From positions 4,000,001 to 4,064,000 of the forward strand of contig OZ253462.1 in assembly GCA_965261395.1 (NCBI GenBank): 64,000 nucleotides of DNA. Reading direction: 5' to 3'. This document shows positions 18,135-28,304 of the stretch, piece by piece. Origin of the DNA: Candidatus Latescibacterota bacterium (GTDB taxonomy: Bacteria; Latescibacterota; UBA2968; UBA8231). The translations under genes were made by a program, and so were the position numbers. The notes beneath the pieces are model-generated. The model had not been told where the DNA came from. It searched no databases and saw only the letters and a list, made by a program, of their open reading frames with translations. The number at the start of each line of letters is the position of its first letter. The stretch's first letter is position 1.

Positions 18135-19598
18135 ATGCGCTACGCACTGGGCATTGACTTGGGCACGGGAAGCACCAAGGCCGTCCTCATCGACGAGGCA
18201 GGAGACCTCATCGCTAGGGGGCAGGCCGAGTATCCTCTCTACAAGCCGCATCCTGGGTGGGTCGAGCAGGACCCGGAGGAGTGGTGGCAAGCGCTGTGCG
18301 CGTCTGCACGTCAGGCACTCGCCGATATTGACCCAGCGCAGGTCGCCTGCGTCGGCTTGTCGGGGCAGATCAACGGCGCAGTATTTGCCGACAGCGCCGG
18401 ACAGCCCCTGCAGCGGGTGCCGATCTGGCTCGACCACCGCTCGCAAGCAGAGTGCGATTGGGCCGAGCAGCGCGCGGGGGACTTGCTGCGGGAGCGGACG
18501 CTAATGCGGTTGGGGCCGGTTAATACCCTAGCAAAGGTACTATGGGTAAAAGACCATGCGACAGATGTTTACCAGAAAAGCCGCTGGATGCTGCTGCCCA
18601 AGGATTGGCTGCGCTACCGGCTCACCGGACAGATAGCAGCAGAGGTGTCGGATGCCTCGACAACTGCGGCTTTTGATCTGCACGAGCGCCAGTGGTCCGG
18701 GGAAATCCTAGAGGCATTGGAAGTCGATATCGAGCTGTTCCCGCCTTTGGTTGATTCACCGGACGTAGTCGGGGCCATAACCCAAGCAGCTGCCGAGCAG
18801 ACCGGGCTGGTGGCGGGCACGCCCGTCGTCGCTGGCGGCGGGGACATGCCTTGCATGATCCTCGGTGCCGGGGTCATTGAGCCGGGCATTATCAGCTTGG
18901 GGATCGGCACGGCGGCGCACGCCACGGCTTTTGCCGAGACGCTGGATCCACGGGCCTTTGACAAACTCTGGCCGATGTGCCACCCCATCCCCGGCAAATA
19001 CGCTTGGCTGGGTTGCTCGTTTACCGGGGGGGCCTCGCTCAAGTGGTTCAAGGAGGAGTTCGGGGGTAGCTACGAAGAGTTAACCGAGGCTGCGGCTGCG
19101 GTTCCCGCCGGTGCCGAGGGGGCGTTTTTCATGCCTTGGCTCGAAGGAAGGGCTACGCCGCGTCCCGATGCCCAAGCCCGCGGGGGCTTTGTCGGGCTGT
19201 CGCTGGCGCACACGAAGGGGCATCTGGTGCGGGCCGTACTGGAGGGGGTCGTCTTCGACTTGCGGCACTCGCTCGACTGTTTCGCTGAAATCGGCTTGCC
19301 CATTGACGAGCTGCGGATCGGCGAGGGCGGTTCGCACTCGGAGGTATGGCGGCAAATCCAGGCCGATATTTTGGGGCGCGACGTGGTGCGGATCGCCACT
19401 GACGATCTGTCGGCGATAGGGGCGGCGTTGTTGGCGGGCATTGGCGGCGAACTCTATGCGGATTTTGCCACCGCTTGCCAGCGCACGGTCAAGTTGGCCG
19501 AGACGGTGCGCTGCGACCGGGAGCGGGTCGAATACTACCGACGGGCTTTTGAGCGCTACCGGGCGCTCTATCCGGCCTTGCGGGACTGGTATTCTTGA
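18135..19598 (+). CDS. FGGY carbohydrate kinase, xylulokinase-like
   Basis: GIDLGTGSTK, EQDPEEWW, DAS, GGGD. Confidence 0.88.
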   Translation: MRYALGIDLGTGSTKAVLIDEAGDLIARGQAEYPLYKPHPGWVEQDPEEWWQALCASARQALADIDPAQVACVGLSGQINGAVFADSAGQPLQRVPIWLDHRSQAECDWAEQRAGDLLRERTLMRLGPVNTLAKVLWVKDHATDVYQKSRWMLLPKDWLRYRLTGQIAAEVSDASTTAAFDLHERQWSGEILEALEVDIELFPPLVDSPDVVGAITQAAAEQTGLVAGTPVVAGGGDMPCMILGAGVIEPGIISLGIGTAAHATAFAETLDPRAFDKLWPMCHPIPGKYAWLGCSFTGGASLKWFKEEFGGSYEELTEAAAAVPAGAEGAFFMPWLEGRATPRPDAQARGGFVGLSLAHTKGHLVRAVLEGVVFDLRHSLDCFAEIGLPIDELRIGEGGSHSEVWRQIQADILGRDVVRIATDDLSAIGAALLAGIGGELYADFATACQRTVKLAETVRCDRERVEYYRRAFERYRALYPALRDWYS

Positions 19599-19675
19599 TG
19601 TCCGAAAGGAAGCGAGCTTGCCATGACACTGTGCCCATTAAGACTGTGAATAATTGGAGCAAAAGGTAATATCGC

Positions 19676-20965
19676 ATGATTACGCAAATTGAGATCGGGG
19701 GCTACCGGCTTCTCGGCGAGTTTAAGGCAGACTTCAATCCGCTGACTGTGGTGATCGGTGCTAATGCCGTCGGCAAAAGTACGCTGGTTGATTGTCTGCA
19801 ACTGATTGCCGAGTGCTGCGAGCATCCGCTAAATACCGCGATTGGTTGGCATCATGGGGCAGCATCTCTTCTTACCTCAGGTAAAAGGAATAGGCAGTTG
19901 ACTTGGAAAATCACTTTTCATAAGCCTGCCGGATGGAATGTTATTCCGTTGGAGCAAGGAAAGTCCTTGATGTACGAGGTCGTTCTCCAAACTGATGCAC
20001 TGGGCCAGATGCACCCGCAATACGAGGTTCTCAGGAATCGAGAACCAATACAGGGGCATAGGGAACCCTTCAAGTTTCTGGAGGCAACCCCGCACCAGCG
20101 ATACATATTCGACAAAAAACGAGACCAACTGATACCGTTTGATGAAGCGCAACCTTTGTCCGCTGTCGTCCGCGATGCTGATTCAGCGGCAGCCCCTCCG
20201 AGAAGCAGACAGATAGATGCACAACAAGAGGCCGCGCTGCTGCTGTCACAAATTCGCTTCATCAACGAGTTCCCCATTCCTTCTTGGGGGCGCATTCTAT
20301 TGGCGAGTATGGCGTTCTATCCGGGTTTCGATGTGACACGATCTTCCCCGCTCCGCACCAAGGCCGCCGAGATCAAACCGGATACTGCATTATCATCCAG
20401 CGGCGACAACTTGGGGACCGTGCTGCACGAAATCCTGACCCGATATGATTACCGTTCAGCAGCAGAGGAGTTACGTGATTTTCTGCGTGTGGCCTATCCC
20501 GCATTTGAGGAAATTCACTGCGATACCACGTATGGAACACCACCGCAAGTGCTCGTCCGGGTGCGCGAGCGAGGCATGTCCCGATCTATGGAGCTATGGG
20601 AGCTATCAGACGGCATGCTACGTTTCCTCTGCTTAGCGACAGCGCTGCTAAATCCACAGCCGCGGCCGCTGGTGGCCATCGATGAACCAGAATTGGGCTT
20701 GCATCCCGGCCTGTTGCCGATTGTCGCCGAAATGATCAAGACAGAGGCGGAGCGCACCCAAGTGATCGTGACGACGCATAGCCCGGACCTGCTCAACTGC
20801 TTCGACATAGCCGATGTTGCCGTGATGGCGCGCAATACAGATGAGGCAAAGGTCGCGTGGCATCGTCCCGCGAACCGCGAGACGCTTGTGCAAATGCTAA
20901 AAGATGTTGCAGGCGGAACCTTGGGAGACCTTCACCGCTCCGGCGAACTGGAGGCCGGCGCATGA
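19676..20965 (+). CDS. AAA_21-type ABC ATPase
   Basis: GANAVGKS, LSDG, IDEPELGLHP, TTHS. Confidence 0.88.
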   Translation: MITQIEIGGYRLLGEFKADFNPLTVVIGANAVGKSTLVDCLQLIAECCEHPLNTAIGWHHGAASLLTSGKRNRQLTWKITFHKPAGWNVIPLEQGKSLMYEVVLQTDALGQMHPQYEVLRNREPIQGHREPFKFLEATPHQRYIFDKKRDQLIPFDEAQPLSAVVRDADSAAAPPRSRQIDAQQEAALLLSQIRFINEFPIPSWGRILLASMAFYPGFDVTRSSPLRTKAAEIKPDTALSSSGDNLGTVLHEILTRYDYRSAAEELRDFLRVAYPAFEEIHCDTTYGTPPQVLVRVRERGMSRSMELWELSDGMLRFLCLATALLNPQPRPLVAIDEPELGLHPGLLPIVAEMIKTEAERTQVIVTTHSPDLLNCFDIADVAVMARNTDEAKVAWHRPANRETLVQMLKDVAGGTLGDLHRSGELEAGA

Positions 20966-21648
20966 AGGTGTGGATTTTTGTGGAAGGGAGTTCGGACGTT
21001 AGGGCCCTGTCGGCATTGTTGAACGGCTGGAAGCAAAATCTCAGCACTAAAGGCTGGGGCATTCAGCTAATACCTCTTGAAAGCAAGTCCAAATACTTCA
21101 GAAAAATTGGCTCAAGAGCGACCGAGAAACTGGCAAATGATGCACACGACCTCGTTGTCGGCTTACCCGATCTCTACCCGAATAGGGATTATGCGGATAC
21201 GGAGTACAAGCACAACAATCTGCAAGAGTTGCAAGGCGTTCAAACACGTTTGGTGAAACAGCACTTGCAGCAGCAGATGGGCAGACGGGCTGATGTTGAC
21301 AGTCATATCGCGCATTTTTATGCCAGCGCGTTGAAACACGACTTGGAAGTGCTGCTCCTTGCAGCGACGAGTCAACTTCAGTCTCGACTCAATATGTCAA
21401 ACAGGCCTAGCGGCTGGCGGCGACCTCCAGAAAATCAGAACCAAAACAAGCCCCCCAAAAAAATCGTTGAGGAACTCTTTCGGAGACATATCGGGCGGCC
21501 CTATCGAGAAATTGTGGATAGCCATGCCATTCTCAGCAAAGCAGATTTGCGAGAGGTGGTGTTTGACGAGCACGGGACAGTACAATGCCCGGTATTTCGT
21601 GCTATGATCGATTGGATTGGTAAGAAGACCGGTGTACCCGGGTATTGA
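20962..21648 (+). CDS. DUF4276-like (TOPRIM-like) protein
   Basis: ATGA coupling to the ATPase; IFVEG, PDLY, PE...N motifs. Confidence 0.75.
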   Translation: MKVWIFVEGSSDVRALSALLNGWKQNLSTKGWGIQLIPLESKSKYFRKIGSRATEKLANDAHDLVVGLPDLYPNRDYADTEYKHNNLQELQGVQTRLVKQHLQQQMGRRADVDSHIAHFYASALKHDLEVLLLAATSQLQSRLNMSNRPSGWRRPPENQNQNKPPKKIVEELFRRHIGRPYREIVDSHAILSKADLREVVFDEHGTVQCPVFRAMIDWIGKKTGVPGY

Positions 21649-21858
21649 ACGATGGGATCCTTCCTATAGATTCCGTGAATCCTGCTCCTTAACGCAACAC
21701 TTGGCTAAGCAACGCATATCCAACCCCCACTAGCGTCCTGACTAAACTCACTTTGTTCTCGCCGGTTGCTTCCAGTGGGGAGGTGAGTTCTGGGCCTACT
21801 TGGGCGTACGACGAGGTGTCTGGCGCGTTTAACTCTTACTTGAGGAGATCATACGATC

Positions 21859-22935
21859 ATGGAGAACTATAACAACGAACGGGAACACGACATGTGCCTG
21901 ATTTCTTTGGTCGGAGCACTGGACGAAGCGGGTCGGCTCGACATATTCCGAGACGCCTTTCGGATCGAAGAGGATCTTGGACCATTGAAGTATGCGCTCC
22001 ACAGAAAAGCCTTCGATATAGAATTGGAATTCGCCAATCTATCTGTTGCGATCGAAACAAAGGTCCACTCGGATGAGGGCGGAAGATGGTCGCCGCCGTG
22101 GCAGACAGAACGCATCGCCGAGCAGCGAAGAGAAGTGAATGGACTGTGTTTCTTCATTACCTATGGAATTTCCGAATTCTACACGAAGCCCTACGAGCCG
22201 GGGCCCGCATCTCCGGAGTTTCAGCACATTCCGCTGGACAGAATGATCCATCTAGTTGAGTCGTCTCTAGCGGCTCTTCCGCAGATCGGACAGAGCACCG
22301 ATTCAGTCGAGTGGCTGCGGCTCATGAGGCTCGAAAAGGAGAAACGCGAGAAGGCTCAGGAACTCCTGCATTCGTTCGCACAGTTCCGTACGCGTTATCT
22401 CGAGGTCCATGGAGAGAACGACTTTCCCAGAGGCCGCGTAGCGTTTTCCGCTCCCGAGCTAGCTTTTCCCGTCTTTTCGAAACTGATGGAGCATTGGGAC
22501 AGGTCGAAGTATGTCGCTAAATTCGGACGGCTCGCGATCTATCCCATTGCCCGGGGATTTTCTCCGGTTGTGGACTCCATCCTCAATTTCTGGGAGATAT
22601 GGGATGAGGGCCCGGCACTGGCCCCGGACCTCGTTGGGTCTGAACGATACCTGTACCTCGAAGTCAACGAGGACTTTAATCTCAATCTGAAGCTGGACGA
22701 GGGGCAAGCTGGGCCGGACGAGGAACAGAAAGAAATGATCTGGGAACGCCTGTGTGGTGCTAGGTGGCCTTCGGGCGTGAATGCGTGCCGCCGCGATTAC
22801 CGGCAGAATTCTCGGGTGTTGTACGAGGTAGATTTCGGGTTTCTGGCGAACGTAGACTGCCTGTCTGAAGTGGTGAGCAACCTCGGCCGCACGCTTGAAG
22901 TGATCTTTGGCTCACTGAACAATGACCGTGAATGA
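21859..22935 (+). CDS. Hypothetical protein with N-terminal PD-(D/E)XK nuclease-like domain
   Basis: FDIE...AIETKVHSDE...Q; RBS GAGGAG. Confidence 0.6.
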   Translation: MENYNNEREHDMCLISLVGALDEAGRLDIFRDAFRIEEDLGPLKYALHRKAFDIELEFANLSVAIETKVHSDEGGRWSPPWQTERIAEQRREVNGLCFFITYGISEFYTKPYEPGPASPEFQHIPLDRMIHLVESSLAALPQIGQSTDSVEWLRLMRLEKEKREKAQELLHSFAQFRTRYLEVHGENDFPRGRVAFSAPELAFPVFSKLMEHWDRSKYVAKFGRLAIYPIARGFSPVVDSILNFWEIWDEGPALAPDLVGSERYLYLEVNEDFNLNLKLDEGQAGPDEEQKEMIWERLCGARWPSGVNACRRDYRQNSRVLYEVDFGFLANVDCLSEVVSNLGRTLEVIFGSLNNDRE

Positions 22936-23012
22936 TCGGCGATGGATTGAGGGCACCGGACTTGCGACGACCGTCCGCCTTGGGCCACTCGCCCGCGACT
23001 AATGGCAGCGTC

Positions 23013-24236
23013 CTAGTCCTCAATAAACGGCCCTTCCTCCTGTAACCTCTTGAGGACGCGGGCGTAGTCGGCGGAGCCGTCGTCGGTCCAGTACTCAAAG
23101 TTGAGGCCCTGGAGGCGACCTTCTTCAGTGCCGGTCAGGCGGTTGATATTGGGGCTGCCCAAGCTGTAGGCTTTATGGCCGCCGGCAAAGTGCAGCACGC
23201 CGATGTAGTCGTAGCTGGGCAGGTGGGCGCGGGCGGCGGCTTGAGCTAGGGCTTCTTCGTCCACTTCTACGCCTAGCCCCGGGCCTTCGGGCACAGGTGA
23301 AAAGCCCTCGACGACTGGGATCTTTTCGGCGATATCGGACTCGAACTGGTCGTCTATGTTGATGGTGTGGGCCGAGGCCGTGGGCAGGACGGCCGCTTGG
23401 TGCAGGGTGAGGGCTTTCATCAGGGTATTGCCGCATTGCTGGATCAGGCACTGGACATTGGCCTTGCCGTAGGCAAAACCCGAGGTCAGGGTGTCGCCGA
23501 TGCGTCCGCCAATCATGTAGATATCAGCGACCCCGCAAATCACTTCTTGGATGCCGCCCAATTGGGGGACGTGCATGACGAGGGGGATTTTGGTCTTCTC
23601 GCGCAGGGTGCGCCAGCCGTCGATATCGCTCCACACCAGCGGGTCTTCGATAAATCCGACGATCGGCGATTTTTCCAGTTCGGCGACGATGGGCAGGATT
23701 GTGCCCAGCGTGCGGTTGTGGTTGAGATCCCAGTGCAGTTTGAAGCCGGGCGGTGCTACTTTTTCCGCCGCGCGGGTCTGCTCGATGACGTCGTAGCGGG
23801 CGTCCGAGTGCATTTTGAAGACGCGGTAGCCCTGATCGACAGCGCGCTGGATCTCCCCGGCGAAGACGTCGGGGGGGCAGGGGCGGGTCCAGGCGGCGCA
23901 GGGGACGGCGTCGCGCACTTTTTGCCCCATCAGTTTGTACGCGGGCACACCTACGTGTTTACCCATCAGGTCGTAGAGCGCCATGCCTAAGGCCATGTGG
24001 AAATTGTTGAGCAGATAGTCGAAAGGGTTGGTGCCGATGAGCGCGTCAATCTCGGCTTGGGGTACGGGAGCGGGATTGTCTTCGTAGTCGCCGTAACCGA
24101 CTAATCCATTGTCGCCGTGGACTTTAACCACTAGATGTTGATCCATGTCGTACATGCGCATGCGGCCGGCGTGATTGTCGTAGCGCTTGGCTAGGGGCAT
24201 GGCGATGGGGATTTGCTCGATGTGGGCGATTTTCAT
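23013..24236 (-). CDS. Mandelate racemase/muconate lactonizing enzyme family protein
   Basis: ALYDLMGK, DLN, EDP, GPGLGVE. Confidence 0.88.
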   Translation of the reverse strand: MKIAHIEQIPIAMPLAKRYDNHAGRMRMYDMDQHLVVKVHGDNGLVGYGDYEDNPAPVPQAEIDALIGTNPFDYLLNNFHMALGMALYDLMGKHVGVPAYKLMGQKVRDAVPCAAWTRPCPPDVFAGEIQRAVDQGYRVFKMHSDARYDVIEQTRAAEKVAPPGFKLHWDLNHNRTLGTILPIVAELEKSPIVGFIEDPLVWSDIDGWRTLREKTKIPLVMHVPQLGGIQEVICGVADIYMIGGRIGDTLTSGFAYGKANVQCLIQQCGNTLMKALTLHQAAVLPTASAHTINIDDQFESDIAEKIPVVEGFSPVPEGPGLGVEVDEEALAQAAARAHLPSYDYIGVLHFAGGHKAYSLGSPNINRLTGTEEGRLQGLNFEYWTDDGSADYARVLKRLQEEGPFIED

Positions 24237-24433
24237 GGGAAGCTCCTGTTATTGGAAAAAGTACTGCAAGCGGGCTGGCCTTGGGACGGAACTAAGCCCT
24301 CGATATCCAGATGAATTTTTGTGCAGAGCGGCTTGGCCTCCAATAATTGACTTGGGTGGTGGCCTGTCAAGGTGGTGGCCGCGTATATTAGGGCGACGCT
24401 GAATACCTGCAATCATCCCGCATTGAGAAAACC

Positions 24434-25744
24434 ATGATCCAACTCGCCACGTTCGAATCTGACGTTACGCCGCCGCTGGGCCATCCGCTCTGTGCGGGGT
24501 GGTATCCACCGGCCAAGGGCATCGCCGACCCGCTGTCCGCCTTGGGACTAATTTTAGTGCCGGACGATCAATTGCCGATCGTCTTGTGTGCCTTGGACTG
24601 GGCCGAATTGAGCAACGGCGATTACGACCGTTGGCGCGGGGAACTGGCTCAGGCTGTGGGCACCGAGGCCGAGCGGGTGGCCGTGCACTGTATCCACGCC
24701 CACGATACGCCCTGGCCCGACCGCGATGCTCAGGACATTCTCGACGCCCACGGCTGTCCCAATGTCATTATGGCTGGCAATTGGGCCGAAAAGGTGCGGG
24801 CCGAAGCGGCACAAGCGGCGGGCGAGGCTATGACAAGGCTGCAACCCTGCACGGATATTGCGGTGGGTCAGGCCAGGGTCGAGCGGATCGCCTCCAATCG
24901 GCGGGTAATGGGGCCAGACGGCAAGGTGGCCGGGGTGCGCTGGACCCAGTGCCGCGATCCTCAAATGCGGGCCGCTCCCGAGGGCGTCATTGATCCCATG
25001 CTAAAGACGATTGGCTTTTACCAAGGGGAGACGGCCTTGGCCCTGTTGCACTACTATGCCGTCCATCCCACCAGCACGGACGGCACCGGGCTGGTTACGC
25101 CCGAATTCGTCGGCTTGGCGCGCAACCGCCGCAAGGCGGAAAGCAATGTGCCGCACCTATACTTCACCGGCTGCGCGGGCAATGTCACTGCGGGCAAGTA
25201 CAACGACGGTATAGCCGACAACCGAGAGTTGTTCACCGAGCGCGTCCACCGGGCCATGGTGGAGGCGGAACAGGGTAGTACGCGGCAGCCGCTGGAGCAT
25301 GTGCGCTGGACGGTCGAGCCGGTGCGGCTGCCGCCGAGGGAGGATATGACCGAGGAAAGCCTGCTGGCGCAAATCGCCTCGGCAGCCACCGGGGCCAAAG
25401 TGCATAGCAAAGCCGCTCTTATGCTGACGTATCTGCGCCGCCGCGAGCGGCCCATTCCGATTACTTGTTTGCAACTCAACGACCGGGTGGCGGTGGTCCA
25501 TTTGCCGGGCGAGATCTTTATCGAATACCAATTGCACGCGCAGGCGAGTCGCCCGGACGCCTTTGTCGCCGTGGCGGGATACGGGGATTTGGGGACCGGG
25601 TATATAACCTTGGCGAGTTCCTTTGCCGAGGGGGGATACGAGCCAGTGGACGCCTTTGTGTCGGGGCGGTCGGAAAAAATCGTGCGCGCCGCCATCGAAA
25701 AGGTCCTACAGGGCCGGTTTAACCAGCGCACGGAGACGACCTGA
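24434..25744 (+). CDS. Neutral ceramidase-like hypothetical protein
   Basis: DVTPP, HAH, NRR, YAVHP, GCAGNV, LPGE, GGYE. Confidence 0.75.
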   Translation: MIQLATFESDVTPPLGHPLCAGWYPPAKGIADPLSALGLILVPDDQLPIVLCALDWAELSNGDYDRWRGELAQAVGTEAERVAVHCIHAHDTPWPDRDAQDILDAHGCPNVIMAGNWAEKVRAEAAQAAGEAMTRLQPCTDIAVGQARVERIASNRRVMGPDGKVAGVRWTQCRDPQMRAAPEGVIDPMLKTIGFYQGETALALLHYYAVHPTSTDGTGLVTPEFVGLARNRRKAESNVPHLYFTGCAGNVTAGKYNDGIADNRELFTERVHRAMVEAEQGSTRQPLEHVRWTVEPVRLPPREDMTEESLLAQIASAATGAKVHSKAALMLTYLRRRERPIPITCLQLNDRVAVVHLPGEIFIEYQLHAQASRPDAFVAVAGYGDLGTGYITLASSFAEGGYEPVDAFVSGRSEKIVRAAIEKVLQGRFNQRTETT

Positions 25745-25793
25745 GGCGGACCCTCATGACAACGCAGGCAATTGACGAGAACGGGAGAAAAGG

Positions 25794-27116
25794 ATGATGC
25801 GCGACTTGCTGGCCGGAACCGGTGGTGCCCGGATCACTCCACCAATCGGCTTCCCCATGGGCGGGTACGGTGCCCGCGACCACGGGGCCGAGGGCGTACA
25901 CGACCACCTCAACACCCACGCCCTGTTCCTCGACGACGGCTCGACCCAGGCCGTGATCATCGCCAACGACCTGCTCGGCATGCGGGCGGAGCAGGTCGCT
26001 GGCGTGCGCGAGATGGTGCACGCGGCGACGGGGGTGCCCGCGGCCCACGTATTCCTCGCCTTCTCGCATACGCACGGCGGTCCGCTGATGTACTCTGACT
26101 TTTCGGCGCTGGGGGAACAGGTTTCCACCTACATCGACGCGGTGAGCCACTACATGGCCGGTGCCGCCCTGCAGGCGGCCACCTCGGCGGTGCCCGTGCG
26201 CTGGGGCACGGGCCGTCATCCGCTGCAGGTCGGCGTCAACCGCCGGGAGCGACAGGCCGATGGCACGACCCGCATCGGCGTCAACCCCGACGGAGCGGTG
26301 GCGCCTTGGGTTGACGCGGTGTGGTTCGAGCGCGACGACGGCGGTCCGCTGGCGGTGATCTACCAGCACGCGGCCCACGGGACCTGCCTAGTGAACGACA
26401 ACTACCTGTTCACAGCCGACTGGATCGGCTACGCCATGCAGTTGATCGAGTCCCAACTGCCGAGTGTGACGGCGCTGTTCGTCAACGGCTGTGCCGGCAA
26501 CATCAACCCCCATCCGCGCGGCACCTTTGCCCTTGCCGAGCGCCACGGTACTAGGGCCGGTGCCGCGGTGCTGCAGACGGTGTTGGACCGAGCCGACCTG
26601 AGACGGGGCGGCCGGCTGCGCTGTGCCCGGCACGCCTTTGAGCTGCCCCTCCAGCCCATGCCGTCGCAGCAGGAGTGCGAGCGCGAACTGGCGAAGTGGG
26701 AACCGGCCTTTCGCCAACTCAAGGGCGAGCACCACCGGAACTGGCATGTCTGCCGCCATTACTTTGCCGCAAAGGAGCGGGTCGCGGCGTGTCAGAGCGG
26801 CTCGGTGGCCACGGGCTTGCCCCTAGAACTGCAGGTCGTGGCCTTGGACGACGTGGCCCTCATTGGCCTGCCGGGAGAAATTTTCGTCGAGACGGGGCTG
26901 GCCATTGCCGAGGCATCACCCTTCTCCTTGACCCTGCCCGTGGGGTACGCCAACGGCTCCATCGGATACGTGCCGACGAGTGAGGAGGTGCCCTACGGAG
27001 GGTACGAGGTCCTCGATGCGCGGGCGTGCCACCAGGGGCGCTTTCTGCGCGACGACGCGGATCGGGTCCTGACCGCCGGTGCGTTGCGGGCGCTGGAACT
27101 GGCTGCGGCGGAGTAA
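25794..27116 (+). CDS. Neutral/alkaline ceramidase N-terminal domain protein
   Basis: ITPP, SHTHGGP, NRR, GCAGNINP, LPGE, GGYE. Confidence 0.8.
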   Translation: MMRDLLAGTGGARITPPIGFPMGGYGARDHGAEGVHDHLNTHALFLDDGSTQAVIIANDLLGMRAEQVAGVREMVHAATGVPAAHVFLAFSHTHGGPLMYSDFSALGEQVSTYIDAVSHYMAGAALQAATSAVPVRWGTGRHPLQVGVNRRERQADGTTRIGVNPDGAVAPWVDAVWFERDDGGPLAVIYQHAAHGTCLVNDNYLFTADWIGYAMQLIESQLPSVTALFVNGCAGNINPHPRGTFALAERHGTRAGAAVLQTVLDRADLRRGGRLRCARHAFELPLQPMPSQQECERELAKWEPAFRQLKGEHHRNWHVCRHYFAAKERVAACQSGSVATGLPLELQVVALDDVALIGLPGEIFVETGLAIAEASPFSLTLPVGYANGSIGYVPTSEEVPYGGYEVLDARACHQGRFLRDDADRVLTAGALRALELAAAE

Positions 27117-27121
27117 GTTGC

Positions 27122-28297
27122 ATGGATTATCTCGCAGCGCTCCTGGCCGGCGTTGAGGGCCTGAGACCGCGGCTGCCGGCCATCTCAGAGGCCGCCGACC
27201 AGGTCGCCGGACGCTTGGCGGCGGACGGACGACTATTGCTGGCTAGTGCGCGGCCGGATTTCACGTCGGAGGGGTTCGTCCGCTCCGGTGGGCTGATGCT
27301 GGCCGAGGAGTGGACATCTGAGACGGCGCTGTCGCCGAATGACGCGGTGATCCTCGGCTGGTCGGGTGCCCCGCCGGACCAGGAGTTGGAGTTGTTGCGG
27401 GATCTGCGTGCCTCGGGTGCCCTGATCGTCGGCATTGGGCCGGCCGCGTGGGCTGGGGCGGATTCGCAGTTGGGCGCCGACCTATTCCTGGAGAGCTCGA
27501 TCCCCCTGCCAGAGGCAGTGACCGCTCCCTTCGGCGGCGAGAGCTACCCGCTGATCTCCCTGCAGAATCTAGTCGTACTGTGGACCTTCACTGGTGAGGT
27601 CGTGGCCGCCTTGACTCGGATCGGGCGGATGCCTGCCATGTATCAGAGCGTGCTGGTGGCAGGGGCGAGGGATCGCAATGCCCGGTTTGCCGACTCGCGT
27701 TTCCACCAGACACACCAAGTGCCGGCGATTCCTCCGGGACAGGTTGGTGGGGAGTATCTAGACGCAATCGGAGAGATTCTGCGCGCTTTGATCGAGGAAG
27801 AGGCGAGGGCGATCGAGCGCGTCGGTGCGGTCTGCGCCGAGGTCTTCGATGCCGGCCGCGTCATCCATGCGGGGATGATCTCACACTTTCCCGTGCATCA
27901 GCACGGAGCGCCGGGCGATCCGCTGTACATGCGTCGCCTAGGCGCGCTCGATGGGGAGTCTCCGTCGAGCGCCGAACTCGAGCGCGAGCTGCAGTTAGGG
28001 GATCTGTTCTTCTTCCTCGGATACTACCGACGGCCAACGCAAGCTTACCGGGCCGCGCGCCGGGCGGGTGCGCGGATCGTCGAGGTGATCGCGGGGGACG
28101 GAGCGGACGGCCCGCCGCAACCGGATTACGTCATCCGGCCAAAGTGGCCCTTCGGCGATGCGGTGACGCGGGTGCCGGGGTACGACGTAGAGATCTTGCC
28201 CAGCTCAGGGATCGTGCAAGCGGCGATTTACTGGGCCGTGGTGGCGTCGATCTGGCAGGAGCTCGCCGAGCGGTCCGCGTCTACTCGTATTCTGTGA
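27122..28297 (+). CDS. Hypothetical protein, possibly two SIS-like sugar-phosphate binding domains
   Basis: Long ORF in operon; internal two-fold alpha/beta pattern. Confidence 0.55.
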   Translation: MDYLAALLAGVEGLRPRLPAISEAADQVAGRLAADGRLLLASARPDFTSEGFVRSGGLMLAEEWTSETALSPNDAVILGWSGAPPDQELELLRDLRASGALIVGIGPAAWAGADSQLGADLFLESSIPLPEAVTAPFGGESYPLISLQNLVVLWTFTGEVVAALTRIGRMPAMYQSVLVAGARDRNARFADSRFHQTHQVPAIPPGQVGGEYLDAIGEILRALIEEEARAIERVGAVCAEVFDAGRVIHAGMISHFPVHQHGAPGDPLYMRRLGALDGESPSSAELERELQLGDLFFFLGYYRRPTQAYRAARRAGARIVEVIAGDGADGPPQPDYVIRPKWPFGDAVTRVPGYDVEILPSSGIVQAAIYWAVVASIWQELAERSASTRIL

Positions 28298-28304
28298 GGT
28301 AGAA

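Noticed and set aside
21650-21858. Integron attC site or ncRNA
   Set aside because: Short pairings exist (AACTCAC/GTGAGTT) but no proper RYYYAAC...GTTRRRY boxes and no integrase
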